From Acidobacteriota bacterium (GTDB lineage: Bacteria; Acidobacteriota; Thermoanaerobaculia; Thermoanaerobaculales; Thermoanaerobaculaceae): a stretch of DNA of 64,000 nucleotides. The stretch is from assembly GCA_037441065.1 (NCBI GenBank), contig JBBISY010000003.1, positions 129,307-193,306 of the forward strand. The letters run 5' to 3'. The translations under genes and the position numbers were made by a program. Positions 1 through 7,893 of this stretch are shown in pieces (the stretch's first letter is position 1; each line of letters starts with the position of its first letter). The notes under the pieces are model-generated. The model was not told the origin of the DNA, searched no databases, and saw only the letters and a program-made list of their open reading frames with translations.

Positions 1-687
1 GGCGGGATCGAGGAGTGCCTCGCCGAGGCGGCGCTTGAGGGCACGGAAGCGATCCAGCGCGCCGCCCTCCACCAGCTCGGCGAAGGTCTTGGTGGCCAGC
101 ACCTCGGCCTTGAGTTCGGCGACCGCCCGGGCGAGGATCTGCACCTCCTCCCGGGGCGTGGAGGGGGGCTGGTGGAGTTCCAGGATCGGTTTGACGAGGC
201 GTTCGATCTCGTGCGGCTGGCGGACAATGGACCGGCCGTCGGCGCCGGGCAGTTCGGCCAGCCGTGTGAAGAGAATGTCGAGCTTGTCGAAGAGGTCCGG
301 GGATCGCTGGCCGCTCTCCAGGTAGAACTTGATGATGGCGAGCACCACCTTCTCGTCCTGATGGCGCAGCCGGTCGAAGAAGCGGCGCAACAGGGAAGGG
401 GGGATGGTGGCGTCCGCTTCGAGAAGCTGGTTGGCAAGGCCGTCCACCTTCTGGGCAAGCTGGTTGAGCACCTTCACCCCCGAGGCGACGGTGGAGTCCG
501 AAAGCTCGTCGGACAGCCGGCGCAGCTCGTTGAAGAGGGCGGGGTAGTCAATCTCCACCGGGCAGGGCGAGTTCTTGAGGTGCTTGAATACTCCCTGCAG
601 AAGCTGGTAGAAGGTCCACTGCGAGCGGCAGCGATCGGCGAGCCGAATGTAGCGTTGGTTGAGATCGTGGAGGGTGAGGGCACTCAT
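1..687 (-). CDS. hypothetical protein, 5' part only (229 codons; runs off the left edge of the window)
   Basis: ATG at 687 (cat 685-687) opens a stop-free reverse frame down to position 1: MSALTLHDLNQRYIRLADRCRSQWTFYQLLQGVFKHL... The composition looks normal, unlike the overlapping + ORF 172..900. It is missing from the supplied track because it is open-ended. No family recognised. Confidence 0.6.
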   Translation of the reverse strand, partial: MSALTLHDLNQRYIRLADRCRSQWTFYQLLQGVFKHLKNSPCPVEIDYPALFNELRRLSDELSDSTVASGVKVLNQLAQKVDGLANQLLEADATIPPSLLRRFFDRLRHQDEKVVLAIIKFYLESGQRSPDLFDKLDILFTRLAELPGADGRSIVRQPHEIERLVKPILELHQPPSTPREEVQILARAVAELKAEVLATKTFAELVEGGALDRFRALKRRLGEALLDPA

Positions 688-701
688 GGCGGCGTTTCCG
701 C

Positions 702-710
702 TGGTAGGGT
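702..710 (+). promoter_or_regulatory. extended -10-like element TGGTAGGGT upstream of hpt
   Basis: Lies in the 62-nt divergent intergenic region, 39 nt before ATG 750. Same TGnTAGnnT pattern as other candidate promoters in the window. Confidence 0.3.
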
Positions 711-749
711 ACACCATGCGGCGAGGCGTTGCCTAGCCAGGAGGGTTCG

Positions 750-1280
750 ATGCTCACGGAAAAGCTCATCCCAGCCGAACGGCTGGAGCGGGTCATCGCC
801 ACCATCGCCGAGGAACTCGACGCCGACCTGGAGGGTCGGGACGCCGTGTTCATCTGCGTTCTCAAGGGTGCCGTTCACTTCTTCAGCCGCCTCACTTTGA
901 AGCTCCATCACCCAATCGTAATGGATTTTATTCAACTCCGCTCCTACGGCGCGACCACGGAGAGCTCGGGGACTGTGACGCTCGTCAAGGACATCACGGT
1001 GGATATCGCGGGCAAGGACGTTTACGTGGTCGAGGACATCGTGGATACGGGGCTCACCCTCCTGGATATCCTGGCCCTGCTCCGCGCCCGTCACCCGCGA
1101 ACGCTTCAGGTCGTGGCGCTGCTCTCCAAGCCCGCCCGCCGCCGGGTCGAGGTGCCGGTGGACTTCCTCGGCGTGGAAATCGAGGACCGGTTCGTGGTGG
1201 GTTTCGGCCTTGACTTTGCAGAGCGGTTCCGTAACCTTCCGGAGATTTGGGAGTTCACTCCGGACGAGGAGGAACGGTGA
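750..1280 (+). CDS. hpt: hypoxanthine/guanine phosphoribosyltransferase
   Basis: ATG 750 lies 5 nt after AGGAGG (739-744). PRPP-binding loop VYVVEDIVDTGLTL, with 6-oxopurine PRT-like sequence over the full length. The track ORF 729..1280 starts at an upstream TTG. Confidence 0.9.
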   Translation: MLTEKLIPAERLERVIATIAEELDADLEGRDAVFICVLKGAVHFFSRLTLKLHHPIVMDFIQLRSYGATTESSGTVTLVKDITVDIAGKDVYVVEDIVDTGLTLLDILALLRARHPRTLQVVALLSKPARRRVEVPVDFLGVEIEDRFVVGFGLDFAERFRNLPEIWEFTPDEEER

Positions 1281-1663
1281 GCGGCGAGCTGCAGAGCGTG
1301 ACGACATCCCAGGCCCCGGCGGCGGTGGGGCCGTACAGTCAAGCGGTGGTCGCCGGCGGCTTTGTCTTCCTCTCGGGCCAGATCCCTCTGGACCCGGCCA
1401 CCGGCGAGCTGGTGGGCGAGACCTTCGAAGAGAGGGTCCGACGCGTCCTCGCCAACCTAGAGGCGGTCCTGGTGGCGGCCGGGAGCGACCGCTCCCGGGT
1501 GGTGAAGGCCACCGTGTACCTCACGGACATGGCCCTCTTCCCGCGGTTGAACGCGGTGTACGCCGAGTTCTTCGGCGACCACCGCCCGGCGCGGGTGGCG
1601 GTAGCGGTGGCCGCGCTGCCCCGCGGCGCGGACGTGGAAATCGAGGCGGTGGCGCTGCTGTGA
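1277..1663 (+). CDS. ridA: RidA/YjgF-family reactive-intermediate (enamine/imine) deaminase
   Basis: GTG 1277 overlaps the hpt stop (GTGA) and GAGGAGG sits at 1266-1272. APAAVGPYSQAV..FLSGQIPLDP..ARVAVAVAALPRGADVEIEAV is typical of the family. Confidence 0.85.
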   Translation: MSGELQSVTTSQAPAAVGPYSQAVVAGGFVFLSGQIPLDPATGELVGETFEERVRRVLANLEAVLVAAGSDRSRVVKATVYLTDMALFPRLNAVYAEFFGDHRPARVAVAVAALPRGADVEIEAVALL

Positions 1664-2541
1664 TTGCCCTTTTCCCCGACACACGCGTGGTCATCCGAGG
1701 GGCGGGGGAGCTGGGGAGCGCGGCGGCCGTCCGCCTGGTGCGGGAGGGGTTGGCGCGCATCGTCATGGTGGAGCGCCCATTCCCCAAAGCGGTGCGGCGC
1801 AACGTGTGCTTTTCCGAGGCGGTGTTCGAGGGGGCCAAGACGGTGGACGGGGTGACCGCCCGGCACGTGATGCTGCTCTCGGAGATCGATCGTCTCCACC
1901 AGCTGGGTGACGTGGCGATCACCACGCAGCCGCTCGCCCAGGTGCTGGAGGCGTGGCCGGCGGACGTGATCGTGGACGCGGCCATGGCGCGCGCCAACAA
2001 GAACCTCACCAAGGCCAGCGCGCCCCTGGTCATTGCGCTGGGTTCCGGACACGCGCCGGGCCGCGACTGCCACGCAGTAGTGGAAACCGTGCGCGGCCCC
2101 CACCTGGGGAGGGTGCTGTCGGCGGGGCAATCGCTGCCCGAGGCTCCCCCCGCTGACATCATGGGGTTTTCCGAGGAGCGGGTGATCAAGGCCCAGCGGG
2201 CTGGCATCTTCCGCACCAACAAGGAGATCGGGCAACGGGTGGAGCAGGGGGAGAAGATCGGCACGCTCGTGCTGCTGTTCGAGCGGGCCGACCTGTACCG
2301 GGGCGTGCCGGTGGATTCCGAGTATCCGGTGGTGTCGCGCATTGCCGGCGTGATCCGCGGGTTGCTGCGGGACGGGGTGCCGGTGGAGGCGGGGGACAAG
2401 ATTGGCGACGTGGATCCCCGGGGCCTCACCGACGATCTCCACCACATCTCCGACAAGGCGCAGCGGGTGGCCGAAGGGGTGCTGGAGGCCATCGTTCTCC
2501 ACCTGGAGCGGCTACGTGCCAGCCGGGCGACGAGCGGATGA
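1660..2541 (+). CDS. yqeB: YqeB-family protein (accessory protein of selenium-dependent molybdenum hydroxylase systems)
   Basis: GTG 1660 overlaps the ridA stop (GTGA). VVIRGAGELGSAAAVRLVREGL..VMVERPFPKAVRRNVCFSEAVFEGAKTVDGVTA matches my memory of the YqeB family N-terminus. The upstream part of track ORF 1210..2541 overlaps ridA and is G/R-rich, so I treat it as non-coding. Confidence 0.65.
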   Translation: MIALFPDTRVVIRGAGELGSAAAVRLVREGLARIVMVERPFPKAVRRNVCFSEAVFEGAKTVDGVTARHVMLLSEIDRLHQLGDVAITTQPLAQVLEAWPADVIVDAAMARANKNLTKASAPLVIALGSGHAPGRDCHAVVETVRGPHLGRVLSAGQSLPEAPPADIMGFSEERVIKAQRAGIFRTNKEIGQRVEQGEKIGTLVLLFERADLYRGVPVDSEYPVVSRIAGVIRGLLRDGVPVEAGDKIGDVDPRGLTDDLHHISDKAQRVAEGVLEAIVLHLERLRASRATSG

Positions 2542-3389
2542 CGCGGGACGACCTGGCGAAGGGTGTGGTGCTCGCGTTGGGGGGGGGTGGGATGCGGGGG
2601 GTGGCCCACCTGGGCGTGCTGGCGGCGCTGGAAGAGGCGGGAGTGAGGGTGGCCGGCATCGCTGGCACGAGTTCCGGCGCGCTGTTGGGGGCGCTGTGGA
2701 CGGTGGCGGGTGCGCAGCAGGCCATTGCCCGCGTCCGAGAGTACGTGGCCAGCGGCCGGGCCCGCGCCATGACGGATATCGCCGGCGAGCACGATGGGCG
2801 GGGGTTCAGGGCGTGGGCGGGGCGCATCGCCCACGGGATCGCCCTGGCGCGACTCATGACCCGGCGGACACTCTTAGGGCATGAGGCCTTCCTGGCGCAC
2901 GTGGCTTTTTTCCTGCCCGACTGGCAGATCGGTGATCTGCCCGTGCCGTTCGTGGCGGTGGCCACGGACACGGAATCGGGGGATGAGGTGCGGCTGGCCA
3001 GTGGGCCTTTACGCCTCGCTGTGGCGGCCAGCTCAGCCATGCCGGGGCTGGCACCGCCCGTGCCGTGGGAGGGGCGTCGTCTCCAGGATGGCGGCGCGGT
3101 GGCCGAGATCCCGGTGGGGGCGGCGCGGACCCTCGGTTCCCCGGTCATTGCCGTGGAGGTGAGCGAGGGCTTGCCCCCCGCTCGGCCAGACCGCGACCGG
3201 ATCCCGCGGGCCATGTTTCGCGCTGCCGCGATGGGGTGGCGAGCGCTGCGCCAGCGGCTGCTGGCGGAAGCCGACGCGGTGCTGGCACCAGCGGTGAATC
3301 ACCTGCACTGGGCCGACTACCACTCGGTGGACGAAGCGGTGGCGGCGGGTCGTACCGCGGCCCGAGAGTTTCTCGAGCGCTGTCGCTGA
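2538..3389 (+). CDS. patatin-like phospholipase
   Basis: ATGA overlap with the previous gene. Oxyanion motif GGGGMRG, nucleophile elbow GTSSG and catalytic-Asp context LQDGGAV. Confidence 0.85.
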   Translation: MTRDDLAKGVVLALGGGGMRGVAHLGVLAALEEAGVRVAGIAGTSSGALLGALWTVAGAQQAIARVREYVASGRARAMTDIAGEHDGRGFRAWAGRIAHGIALARLMTRRTLLGHEAFLAHVAFFLPDWQIGDLPVPFVAVATDTESGDEVRLASGPLRLAVAASSAMPGLAPPVPWEGRRLQDGGAVAEIPVGAARTLGSPVIAVEVSEGLPPARPDRDRIPRAMFRAAAMGWRALRQRLLAEADAVLAPAVNHLHWADYHSVDEAVAAGRTAAREFLERCR

Positions 3390-3413
3390 GAGGGCTGGTC
3401 TAGCCCGTTCGCC

Positions 3414-4679
3414 CTACCGGGGTGCTTCGTTGTTGGGCACCGCGAAGGAGGGCATGATGCCGGCGAGCACCCGCACCGTGTCCCGGGCGATGACCCGCTC
3501 TTCGTTGGTGGGGACGATGGCCACCGCAACACGGGAGCCAGGTTTCGACACCAGCACCTCTTCGCCGCGCGGCGCGGTGCGGTTGGCCTGGGTGTCCAGC
3601 TCGAGGCCCAGGAACTCCAACCCCGACACGCAGGCTTCGCGCACCTCGGGCGAGTTCTCGCCGATCCCGCCCGTGAAGGTCACGGCGTCCACCCCCTCCA
3701 TGGCGGCCGCGTAGGCCCCCAGGTACTTGCGAACGCGGTAGCAGAAGATCTGGAAGGCCAGATCGGCGCGGGCGTTGCCCTGCGCCCTGGCCGCGAGGAT
3801 CTCCCGCATATCCGACGACACGCCGGACACGCCGTACAAGCCGGAGTGCTTGTTGAGCATGGCGTTGAGCTGGGCGAGGGTGAGTTCCTCCATGGCCATG
3901 ACCCAGGGCAGCACGGCGGGGTCCAGGTCGCCGGCGCGGGTGCCCATGAGGAGCCCCTCGAGGGGCGTGAACCCCATGCTCGTGTCCACCGAGTGACCGC
4001 GATCCACCGCCGCCATGGAGCAGCCGTTTCCCAGGTGGCAGGTGACGATCTTGACCGCTTCCAGGGGCTTGCCGAGCAAACGGGCGGTGTGGATGGCGAC
4101 GAAGCGGTGCGAGGTGCCGTGGAAACCGTAACGGCGGATGCCGTGCCGCCGGTACAGCTCGTAGGGCAACCCGTAGATGAACGCCCGTGGCGGCATTGAC
4201 TGGTGAAACGCCGTGTCGAACACGGCCACGTGGGGGACGTTGGGCAGCAGCTCCTGGGCGGCGTGGAGACCGCGCAGGTTGTGGGGGTTGTGGAGGGGAG
4301 CCAAGACCACGCACTCCTCGATGCCGGCCTCCACCTCGGGGGTGACCAGGACCGACGACGCGAACTTTTCCCCCCCGTGCACCACCCGGTGGCCGACGGC
4401 CTCGATCTCGGAGGTGCTGGCAATGACGCCGTGCTCGGGGTGGCAGAGGACCCGGAGCACCCGCTCCACGGCCGTCCGGTGTTCGAGGATTTCCGAGATC
4501 TCCTGGTACGTCCTGCGACCGGGCACATCGAGGGAGAGGCGGGAGTCCGAGAGGCCGATCTTTTCCACCGCGCCCCGGGCCAGGGTGCGGTCGGCGTTGG
4601 CTTGGATCATCTCCACCGAAGTCTCGATCACCTGGAACTTGACGGAGGACGATCCGCAGTTGAGGACGAGGATCTTCAT
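3414..4679 (-). CDS. ackA: acetate kinase
   Basis: MKILVLNCGSSSVKFQV.. N-terminus and acetate/propionate kinase similarity over the full 421 aa. Confidence 0.95.
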   Translation of the reverse strand: MKILVLNCGSSSVKFQVIETSVEMIQANADRTLARGAVEKIGLSDSRLSLDVPGRRTYQEISEILEHRTAVERVLRVLCHPEHGVIASTSEIEAVGHRVVHGGEKFASSVLVTPEVEAGIEECVVLAPLHNPHNLRGLHAAQELLPNVPHVAVFDTAFHQSMPPRAFIYGLPYELYRRHGIRRYGFHGTSHRFVAIHTARLLGKPLEAVKIVTCHLGNGCSMAAVDRGHSVDTSMGFTPLEGLLMGTRAGDLDPAVLPWVMAMEELTLAQLNAMLNKHSGLYGVSGVSSDMREILAARAQGNARADLAFQIFCYRVRKYLGAYAAAMEGVDAVTFTGGIGENSPEVREACVSGLEFLGLELDTQANRTAPRGEEVLVSKPGSRVAVAIVPTNEERVIARDTVRVLAGIMPSFAVPNNEAPR

Positions 4680-4721
4680 GGTTTCCCTCTCACTTCCGGC
4701 GGCCGCTTCGCGTGCGGGCCG

Positions 4722-5633
4722 TCAGGCGACCCGAGGCGTGTCGTCGGGCAGCCGGTCGAGCCGGTTCCGCTCGGCATCGTAGGTAAAGAAGCCCTTGCCC
4801 TTGGAGGTGCCCGTGTGGCCGGCCCGCACCAGCTTGCGCAGCAACGGGCAGGGCCGGAACTTCTGGTCCCCCGTCTCCTGGAAGAGGTACTCGAGCCAGG
4901 TGAGGATCTTGTGCAATCCCACGCGATCGGCCCACTCCAGCGGCCCGATGCGGAACTCGTAGCCCAGCTTCATGGCCAGATCCACCTCGGCGGCCGAGGC
5001 GACGCCTTCCATCACCACGTGGATGGCTTCGTTGATCAAGGGGAGGATGACGCGGGTGGTGACGAAGCCGGGAGACTCGAAAACCTCGATGGGCACCTTG
5101 CCGAGGACCCGGGCAAAGGTGCGGGCCAGCTCGAAAGCTGCGTCGCTGGTGACCTGGCCGCGGACCACCTCCACCACCGGTTGCGTGGTGACGGGGTAGA
5201 GGAAGTGCATGCCCAGGACCCGCTCGGGGCTGGTAAGGTTCTGGGCGAGCTCGGTGATGGAGAGCGTGGAGGTGTTGACGATGATCGGGACGGCGGGGCC
5301 AGCGATGGCGTCGAGATCGTGCAGCAGGGTCTTCTTCGCGTCGAAGTCCTCCTGGATCGTCTCGATCACCAGTTGGCAATCGCGAATGCGCTCCAGGTCC
5401 GTGGTGAGTTCGATGCGGGAGAGGATCGCTTTCTTTTCGGACTTGGTGAGAGCCCAGCGCTCGATCTGCCGGTCCAGGGTTTCCTCGAGAATGGCCATCA
5501 CCTGGGCCCCGCGCTCGGCGGTGATCTCCTTGAGGACGAGGGAGATTCCGGCCTGGGAAACGCGGGTCGCGATGGAGCGGCCCATCATGCCACCGCCGAC
5601 CACGGCCACGTGGTGGAGCTCGGTTGCGCTCAT
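4722..5633 (-). CDS. hbd: 3-hydroxyacyl-CoA / 3-hydroxybutyryl-CoA dehydrogenase
   Basis: Rossmann motif VAVVGGGMMG. ..GFVTTRVILPLINEA.. and a C-terminal ..GKGFFTYD are typical of the HBD/FadB C-terminal family. Confidence 0.85.
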   Translation of the reverse strand: MSATELHHVAVVGGGMMGRSIATRVSQAGISLVLKEITAERGAQVMAILEETLDRQIERWALTKSEKKAILSRIELTTDLERIRDCQLVIETIQEDFDAKKTLLHDLDAIAGPAVPIIVNTSTLSITELAQNLTSPERVLGMHFLYPVTTQPVVEVVRGQVTSDAAFELARTFARVLGKVPIEVFESPGFVTTRVILPLINEAIHVVMEGVASAAEVDLAMKLGYEFRIGPLEWADRVGLHKILTWLEYLFQETGDQKFRPCPLLRKLVRAGHTGTSKGKGFFTYDAERNRLDRLPDDTPRVA

Positions 5634-5641
5634 GGTTGTGA

Positions 5642-5670
5642 AATGTAGCGCAAGCTCGGGGGCGTGTCAA
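5642..5670 (-). promoter_or_regulatory. sigma70-type promoter of the hbd-ackA unit: TTGACA - 17 nt - TACATT
   Basis: Reverse strand: TTGACA (5670-5665), 17-nt spacer, TACATT (5647-5642). Only 8 nt (TCACAACC) follow before ATG 5633, with no SD. Confidence 0.55.
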
Positions 5671-5709
5671 TGTGCCGCCGCCTGTTCCGGTGCTCGGCCC
5701 GCTCCGGCT

Positions 5710-5719
5710 GTGCTAGCAT
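5710..5719 (+). promoter_or_regulatory. extended -10-like element GTGCTAGCAT upstream of the thioredoxin-like gene
   Basis: TGn + TAGCAT ends 8 nt before ATG 5728, with no SD in between. Identical 10-mer to the one in front of dnaB. Confidence 0.45.
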
Positions 5720-5727
5720 GAAAGCCG

Positions 5728-6234
5728 ATGGGCTTACTGACGCTGGCCTCGACCCTGTTGGCCGCCGCCGCCGGTACCGTGCCGGAGGCGAGCGCCCGGC
5801 TGGAGTTCCCGAACATCCAGATGGCCGATGCGGCGGGACAGGTACACCGCCTCGAGGCCTTCCGGGGGACGGTGACGATCCTCAATTTCTGGGCCACCTG
5901 GTGCGGGCCCTGCCGCTACGAGCTGCCGGAGCTGCAGAAGGTCTCCAACGAGTTCGGCGGCAAGGGGGTGGTGGTACTGGCCGTCAACGTGGACGGCCCC
6001 GCGCCCCAGGTGGAACGGTTCATTGCCAACACCGGCCTGTCGCTGCCGGTGTTGTTCCTGGATGGCCGCACGCAGGCCGAGCTGGGCATCGATCGGATCC
6101 CCTTCACGGTGATCCTGGACCGCCAGGGGAGAGCGGTGCGGGCCTACGCGGGCTACTCGGCGGCGGCCATGAAAGACCTCCGGGAGCTGACTGTGGAACT
6201 CCTCCGCGAGGGGGCCGAAAAAGGAGGGAAGTGA
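5728..6234 (+). CDS. TlpA/ResA-like periplasmic thiol:disulfide oxidoreductase (thioredoxin fold)
   Basis: Signal-like N-terminus, active site WATWCGPC and thioredoxin-like length (168 aa). Confidence 0.8.
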   Translation: MGLLTLASTLLAAAAGTVPEASARLEFPNIQMADAAGQVHRLEAFRGTVTILNFWATWCGPCRYELPELQKVSNEFGGKGVVVLAVNVDGPAPQVERFIANTGLSLPVLFLDGRTQAELGIDRIPFTVILDRQGRAVRAYAGYSAAAMKDLRELTVELLREGAEKGGK

Positions 6235-6235
6235 G

Positions 6236-6865
6236 ATGCGGACTGTGGCAATGGCGGTGGTGGGTCTGCTGGTCGCGGCGGGGGCAGGGGCGCAGATGCC
6301 CGAGGAAAGCGTGGAGTTCACGCCGACGGTGGGTTTCTGGTTCGGGGACACGCTGGCGCGGGGCGTGCAGGAGGGGTACGACTTCGACGTCACCATCGAC
6401 GATGACTTTGCCTACGGCTTCCGGGTCGGCTACAGCTTCACCAGTAACTGGGCCCTCACCGGGTCGTTCCTCTTCGAGCGGGCGGACCTGATCACCGGCT
6501 CCAGCGAGTTCCTGGGGAACACCAACGTCCTGGGCAAGATCGATATGACCACGGCGGAAATCGGTTTCGAGGGGGCCTTCGGGCACTCCCGGCTGGTGCC
6601 GATCTTCAACCTGGGCGTGGGCGTAATGAACATGGACCCGGACAGTGCCAACATGCGCTCCGACACGAACTTCGTCGCCCATATGGGGACTGGCTTCAAG
6701 CTCTTCTTCACCCCCAACCTGGCGTTTCGCTTCGACTTCCGCGGGCATGCGGTGAACGTGGGCAAGAACAGCCACGAAGACTGCGACTGGTGGGGTGATT
6801 GCTCGGATAGCGAGGACTGGATCGGCTTGCGGGAGCTGGCCATCGGTCTGAGCTTCGTGTTCTAG
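6236..6865 (+). CDS. small outer-membrane beta-barrel protein (OmpW/OmpA-barrel-like)
   Basis: AAGGAGGGAAG RBS and signal peptide ..AAGAGAQ. Alternating aromatic/hydrophobic strands and a terminal ..GLSFVF typical of OMP C-termini. One loop contains CDWWGDC. Confidence 0.7.
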   Translation: MRTVAMAVVGLLVAAGAGAQMPEESVEFTPTVGFWFGDTLARGVQEGYDFDVTIDDDFAYGFRVGYSFTSNWALTGSFLFERADLITGSSEFLGNTNVLGKIDMTTAEIGFEGAFGHSRLVPIFNLGVGVMNMDPDSANMRSDTNFVAHMGTGFKLFFTPNLAFRFDFRGHAVNVGKNSHEDCDWWGDCSDSEDWIGLRELAIGLSFVF

Positions 6866-6873
6866 ACCGCGCG

Positions 6874-7794
6874 GTGCCCGGCAAGCTGCTTCGCTGCTGT
6901 TTGCTGGCGGTGCTGGCGGGGGCTGGGTACGCCGCCAGTGCCGGCGCCCAGGTAGGCGAAAGCGTTACCGGGTTCACGGATCGCTCCAACGTGGAAGCAG
7001 TGCTGGTGACGGTTAGCGTCACCGACCTCAAGGGGAGGCCGGTGCCGGACCTGGAGGGGAAGAAGTTTCACCTTTTCATCGACGGGCTAGAATTCCCCTT
7101 CTCGTCGTTCTGGCGGGAAGCGGAACTACCGCTGTCCCTGTGCCTGGTGGTGGACGTCTCGGGTTCGATGGCGGGGCGGCGACTGGCACGCGTCCGGGAA
7201 TCGGTGGCGGACCTGGTGGCGGGCTTGCGGCCTTCGGACGAGGTGTCGCTCGTCACCTTTGGGGCGGGGGAGGTGCGGCGGCGGGTGCCCTTCGGTGCCG
7301 ACCCGGGACTCGTGCTGCGGGTGCTCGAGAGCGTGGAAGGGTTCGGCACCACCGCGATCTTCGATACCGTGGCCGAGGCCCCTGCCCTCACTGCGGGGGC
7401 CCGGCATGCGCGCCGCGCCGTGCTGCTCTTCACCGACGGCGTGGATACCGCCTCCGCCATGAACGCCGACGAGGCCACCGCCATCCTGGAGGAGATGGCC
7501 GAGCCGCTGTACGCCTTCGGCATCGAGCCGCCTCCCCCGGAGGGGGGCGTCCTCACCTACGAGGGGGTGCTCGCTCGGCTCTCGCAGGCCTCGGGGGGAC
7601 GGTACATCCGCGTGGAGAACGCCAGTGAGCTGGCGGCGCTGGCGAGGGAGCTGCGCCGCCAGTTGGGCACCCGCTACCTCCTCACCTTCCAGCCATCGGG
7701 GCAGGGGATGGAAAAGTATCGGCGGATCCGGGTGGCGGTGGACGGGCCGTACCAGGTGCGGGCCAGGGAGGGGTACGTGGGGACGCTGCCGTAG
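6874..7794 (+). CDS. secreted von Willebrand factor A (VWA) domain protein, acidobacterial VWFA-related type
   Basis: GTG start and signal peptide. MIDAS motif LVVDVSGSM, ..LLFTDGVDT.. and a C-terminal ..YLLTFQP....YRRIRVAV.. tail as in the VWFA-related acidobacterial family (from memory). Confidence 0.75.
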   Translation: MPGKLLRCCLLAVLAGAGYAASAGAQVGESVTGFTDRSNVEAVLVTVSVTDLKGRPVPDLEGKKFHLFIDGLEFPFSSFWREAELPLSLCLVVDVSGSMAGRRLARVRESVADLVAGLRPSDEVSLVTFGAGEVRRRVPFGADPGLVLRVLESVEGFGTTAIFDTVAEAPALTAGARHARRAVLLFTDGVDTASAMNADEATAILEEMAEPLYAFGIEPPPPEGGVLTYEGVLARLSQASGGRYIRVENASELAALARELRRQLGTRYLLTFQPSGQGMEKYRRIRVAVDGPYQVRAREGYVGTLP

Positions 7795-7801
7795 GGAGGG
7801 G

Positions 7802-7833
7802 TTGACACCGGGCGGGGGGTTTTGTGGTATAAA
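7802..7833 (+). promoter_or_regulatory. promoter candidate of the Lpp/OmpA-like gene: TTGACA ... TGgTATAAA
   Basis: TTGACA at 7802-7807 and extended -10 TGGTATAAA at 7825-7833. The spacer to TATAAA is 20 nt, so the -35 may not be used. The leader is about 55 nt with an AGGGAGGA RBS. Confidence 0.45.
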
Positions 7834-7840
7834 GGCGCCG

Positions 7841-7856
7841 TGTGCGAACTGGCACA
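7841..7856. promoter_or_regulatory. perfect 16-nt palindrome TGTGC-GAACTG-GCACA just downstream of the candidate -10
   Basis: Seen directly in the sequence. The position (about +1 to +16) fits either an operator or a 5'-UTR hairpin. The core GTG-N8-CAC resembles Crp-family half-sites. Confidence 0.3.
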
Positions 7857-7893
7857 AGCTGAGTCGGGCGGACTCATACAAGGGAGGACTTCG

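Noticed and set aside
172-900. + strand ORF of 242 aa at the left edge
   Set aside because: It has an odd composition and no motif, and it overlaps both the better reverse-strand open frame (1..687) and the hpt start region.
1210-2541. N-terminal extensions of track ORFs: 1210..2541, 19031..20776, 40556..42115, 33154..34503, 14672..16393, 30226..31752 and 34853..36862
   Set aside because: The upstream parts overlap well-supported neighbouring genes and are G/R/P-rich. Internal GTG or ATG starts that abut or overlap the previous stop, often with an SD, give proteins of the expected family length.
1660-2541. In-frame TGA (selenocysteine) or SECIS-like hairpin near the YqeB-family gene
   Set aside because: All genes around it read through to normal stops without an internal TGA, and no candidate selenoprotein gene is present in the window.
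2575-2590. G8-G9 homopolymer tracts inside genes (for example about 2575-2590 in the patatin gene, 11447-11456 in pilX, 22294-22303 in aroB, 25565-25574 in birA, 30786-30794 at the comEC/miaA junction, 35863-35871 at the pepP/nadA junction) as possible phase-variation switches
   Set aside because: They encode Gly runs. In the patatin gene the run is the conserved GGGG oxyanion motif. They occur in essential housekeeping genes where slippage would be lethal, so they look like a by-product of GC richness rather than contingency loci.
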